A stretch of DNA of 54,758 bases, counting the filler, from Sluysia triapertura (taxonomy: Eukaryota): assembly GCA_046118255.1 (NCBI GenBank). It is 4 parts of 4 records of this genome, joined end to end, with 100 filler letters (N's around TTAATTAATTAA, not from the genome) between each part and the next. Parts side by side here need not be neighbours in the genome. Positions count along the whole stretch, not along the records: positions 43,508 to 54,758 come from JBJNIA010186769.1; 3 more parts are not named here. One strand, 5' to 3'. Shown in pieces: positions 52,315-54,758 of the stretch. The position numbers and the translations under genes were made by a program. Below the pieces are notes generated by a model. The model saw only the letters and a program-made list of their open reading frames with translations. It was not told the DNA's origin and ran no database searches. Positions within the stretch are counted from its first letter, which is position 1; the number at the start of each line of letters is the position of its first letter.

Positions 52315-53405
52315 TTATTATTATAACTACATAAATTCTTAAAAATCTTGAAAATTAACACGAGCTTTCTTTCTATTCTTTAATTTCTTGACATTTTTAA
52401 ATCTAATTCCTTAAAATACTTAAAATGAAATTGTTTTAAGATGTCTGCAAGTTAAATGTCGGGATGTGATGAGCGTACGTATTTGCGATGAAATTCTACA
52501 ATGTGGTTGTGATTCTAGTGTTGTAAGACGATACGTAAAACGTTTTAAATGTACTTTTAAATACCAATTAATGTTTTTGGCTGAATATTAGTTCAAGCGT
52601 TGAAAGTCTATGATTTAAATATTTTAAAATAATATGAATGTTTAAATGGATTATAAATGTACATTGATGTTTTGAATGAAATAATGCTTAGATGTTAATA
52701 GATTGTGGGTTACAAATATGTTAAAAGGATGTAAAGAAGATAAGTTATAGTCTAGCTTTTGGTATGTTCAAAAGGTGATTGTATAAAGTTGAAAATGTGA
52801 TTTATTTTCTTGATATTTTAAGTAATATTGTCTTTCTGTGATGTTAGGGATTGAATGATAAAAATCATGAATTTGGAATATTTGAATTGATTTGAAGGTG
52901 TGCTAGATGTGGTTGTAATTGAATTGTTATGAAATGAAGAATAAAATATTTTAGATGAATTTTTTAATGTAAATTGATGGTTTTAAATATGATTGTGGTT
53001 TAGTTGTCATGAGTTTGTAGATTTAAAATGATTTGATATATATAAATTGATTTTGAAAGAATAAAAGAATAAAATATAGAAGAGGTTTTGACAAATTCTA
53101 AAAGTTGTCGTGCGATGTTGAAAAGGACATGACTTTAGTCATGTTAGTATTGAACTGTGAATTTAAAAATGTGAGATGTAGGTTTTGAGGGTGAGTGTAA
53201 TATTCAAACATATGATTTTGATTATATTGACATGGAACTATGTATACAATGTTTTTAATGAATTTTAAAATGTATATTGTACATTTTGAAAGTGAATGTG
53301 ATTTTGTAATGTTTTAAAGAAAATGTTTAAATGAAATTTGTTAAAAGTGTGAGAAAGGTAAGTGAAGTAAATAGAATAAAACTTAACTTAAAGTGAGTTC
53401 ACCAA
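52315..53405 (-). repeat. TGTGGTGG-family repeat, long inverted copy
   Basis: Reverse complement aligns by eye to 10200-10950; degenerate terminus at about 53405; (TAA)n at the distal end. Confidence 0.8.
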
Positions 53406-54602
53406 CGTACTGGACTTCCCAGTTAAGGCCAACCCTTGGATTTTATAAATCAAGATAATGTGTTAATAGGACCTTAATGCTCAATTCCATCTACAGGTAA
53501 AATTTATTAATGTCTATTGTTAAGATCCTCTAGTAATTGTCTAGTTTAAGTTTTCTTATCAAAGATGTAAGTAGATTTGAAGGTATCTAGAAAGCTTTAA
53601 TTATAAGTAGAATTAAAATTTATTTAGAAATTTTACTTAGATTCCGTTATGTGGAATCGTTATAACAGATTTTACTTGCTAGAATTAAATTCTTGCTTCT
53701 AGAAGGCAACGGTAATTAAGTTTTAACAAAATTTAAAACTATACAATTTAATTGAATAAGTAATTATAATTATCAAAATTATACAAAAGATTAAAAAAGC
53801 TATAAGAATTATCAATAATAATAATAATAAATCACAAAACTATCTTAGTTAGTTAACTAATAAAATAATTTTAAAAATATATTTTTCCAAGGATCCAATA
53901 TATGATCCAAATGAATTAAATGAATTTAAATGGATTTTACTTGTGATATTTTAGAAAATATCGATCTTATTGTAATTAAACTGAATTAACTGAATTAAAA
54001 TGAATTAAATTAAATTAAAATAAATTCTCAATTTAAATATTAAGTATCCAAAATTCAAAATTATAATTAATAATAAAATATTATATAAATCAAAAATCAA
54101 TAGTTATTTACATTTTGAAATCAAAATTGTGTCACAAAATCAATTATAATTGTGTGTCATAAAAAATCAATTAGTTATTTACATTATAGTTGTTTACAAA
54201 AGTAATAGGTTGATCACCACACGGCGATGAAATTTCATGAATGGGAGGTGGTAGACAATAATAATACATAAATGACAGAATATATATTTTTTCAAATACT
54301 TACAAAGATAATAATGTTAGTTAGTTAGATACAATAAAATGTTTTTAATAGATTTTAGTTACCCTTTAATAGCGATCTGTTTAAAATTATTAAAAAGATG
54401 TATGTTAAATGTTTGTTTAAAATATACTTTCTTATACTAAACAAAACTAACATTAAAATATTTTATATCGTTATTCTGAAATAGAGTTTGATTCAATTGA
54501 TTTTAATCGAGGAATTAATAGACAATAGATTCCTTGACTGAAATGTATAGCTTAATACAATTTTTTGTATTTGTATTAACTTCTTTGTGACAAATAAAAC
54601 TA

Positions 54603-54758
54603 AGTCGTGGCCAACACTCATAACTTAAAATTAATCAAAATTTTATATTCAATATTCATAAATTAAATTTCACCAAAATTCAATTTTCAAAATAATCACA
54701 CCTTTTTACTATCGAACTACACCAACACAAACATCATAAAATAACATTCGATATTTAT
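54603..54758 (+). repeat. TGTGGTGG-family repeat start, running off the window
   Basis: AGTCGTGGCCAACAC followed by a C/A-rich body. Confidence 0.65.

Overview
Very AT-rich eukaryotic DNA, most likely from an invertebrate animal (GT-AG introns, animal-type eL20, Tigger/mariner/hAT/Gypsy/RTE-like elements). It is not one locus. Three identical 100-nt spacers (N44-TTAATTAATTAA-N44 at 12349, 29299 and 43408) join four scaffolds, and there are two ordinary N gaps. Apparently intact host genes: RPL18A (2 exons, 36-nt intron, minus strand) and a 5'-incomplete uncharacterised plus-strand gene of about 14 exons (29583-41358). One Buster-type hAT transposon is nearly intact, with a single frameshift in an A-run. 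The rest is a patchwork of decayed elements (Gypsy pol with an extra retropepsin after the integrase, two Tiggers, mariner relics, LINE RT scraps, several MITEs, a tRNA-like repeat) and intronless, disabled fragments of housekeeping genes (PABP, MIPEP, NCAPD2, a rhodanese, a TM/coiled-coil protein). The most notable unexplained signal is a strand-biased repeat with a conserved terminus near TGTGGTGGCCAACC, seen at least 10 times. It cuts other elements sharply and is repeatedly followed, on the same strand, by a host-gene fragment, which makes it a candidate gene-capturing or shuffling element. All assignments come from manual translation and motif recall; no database searches were run.
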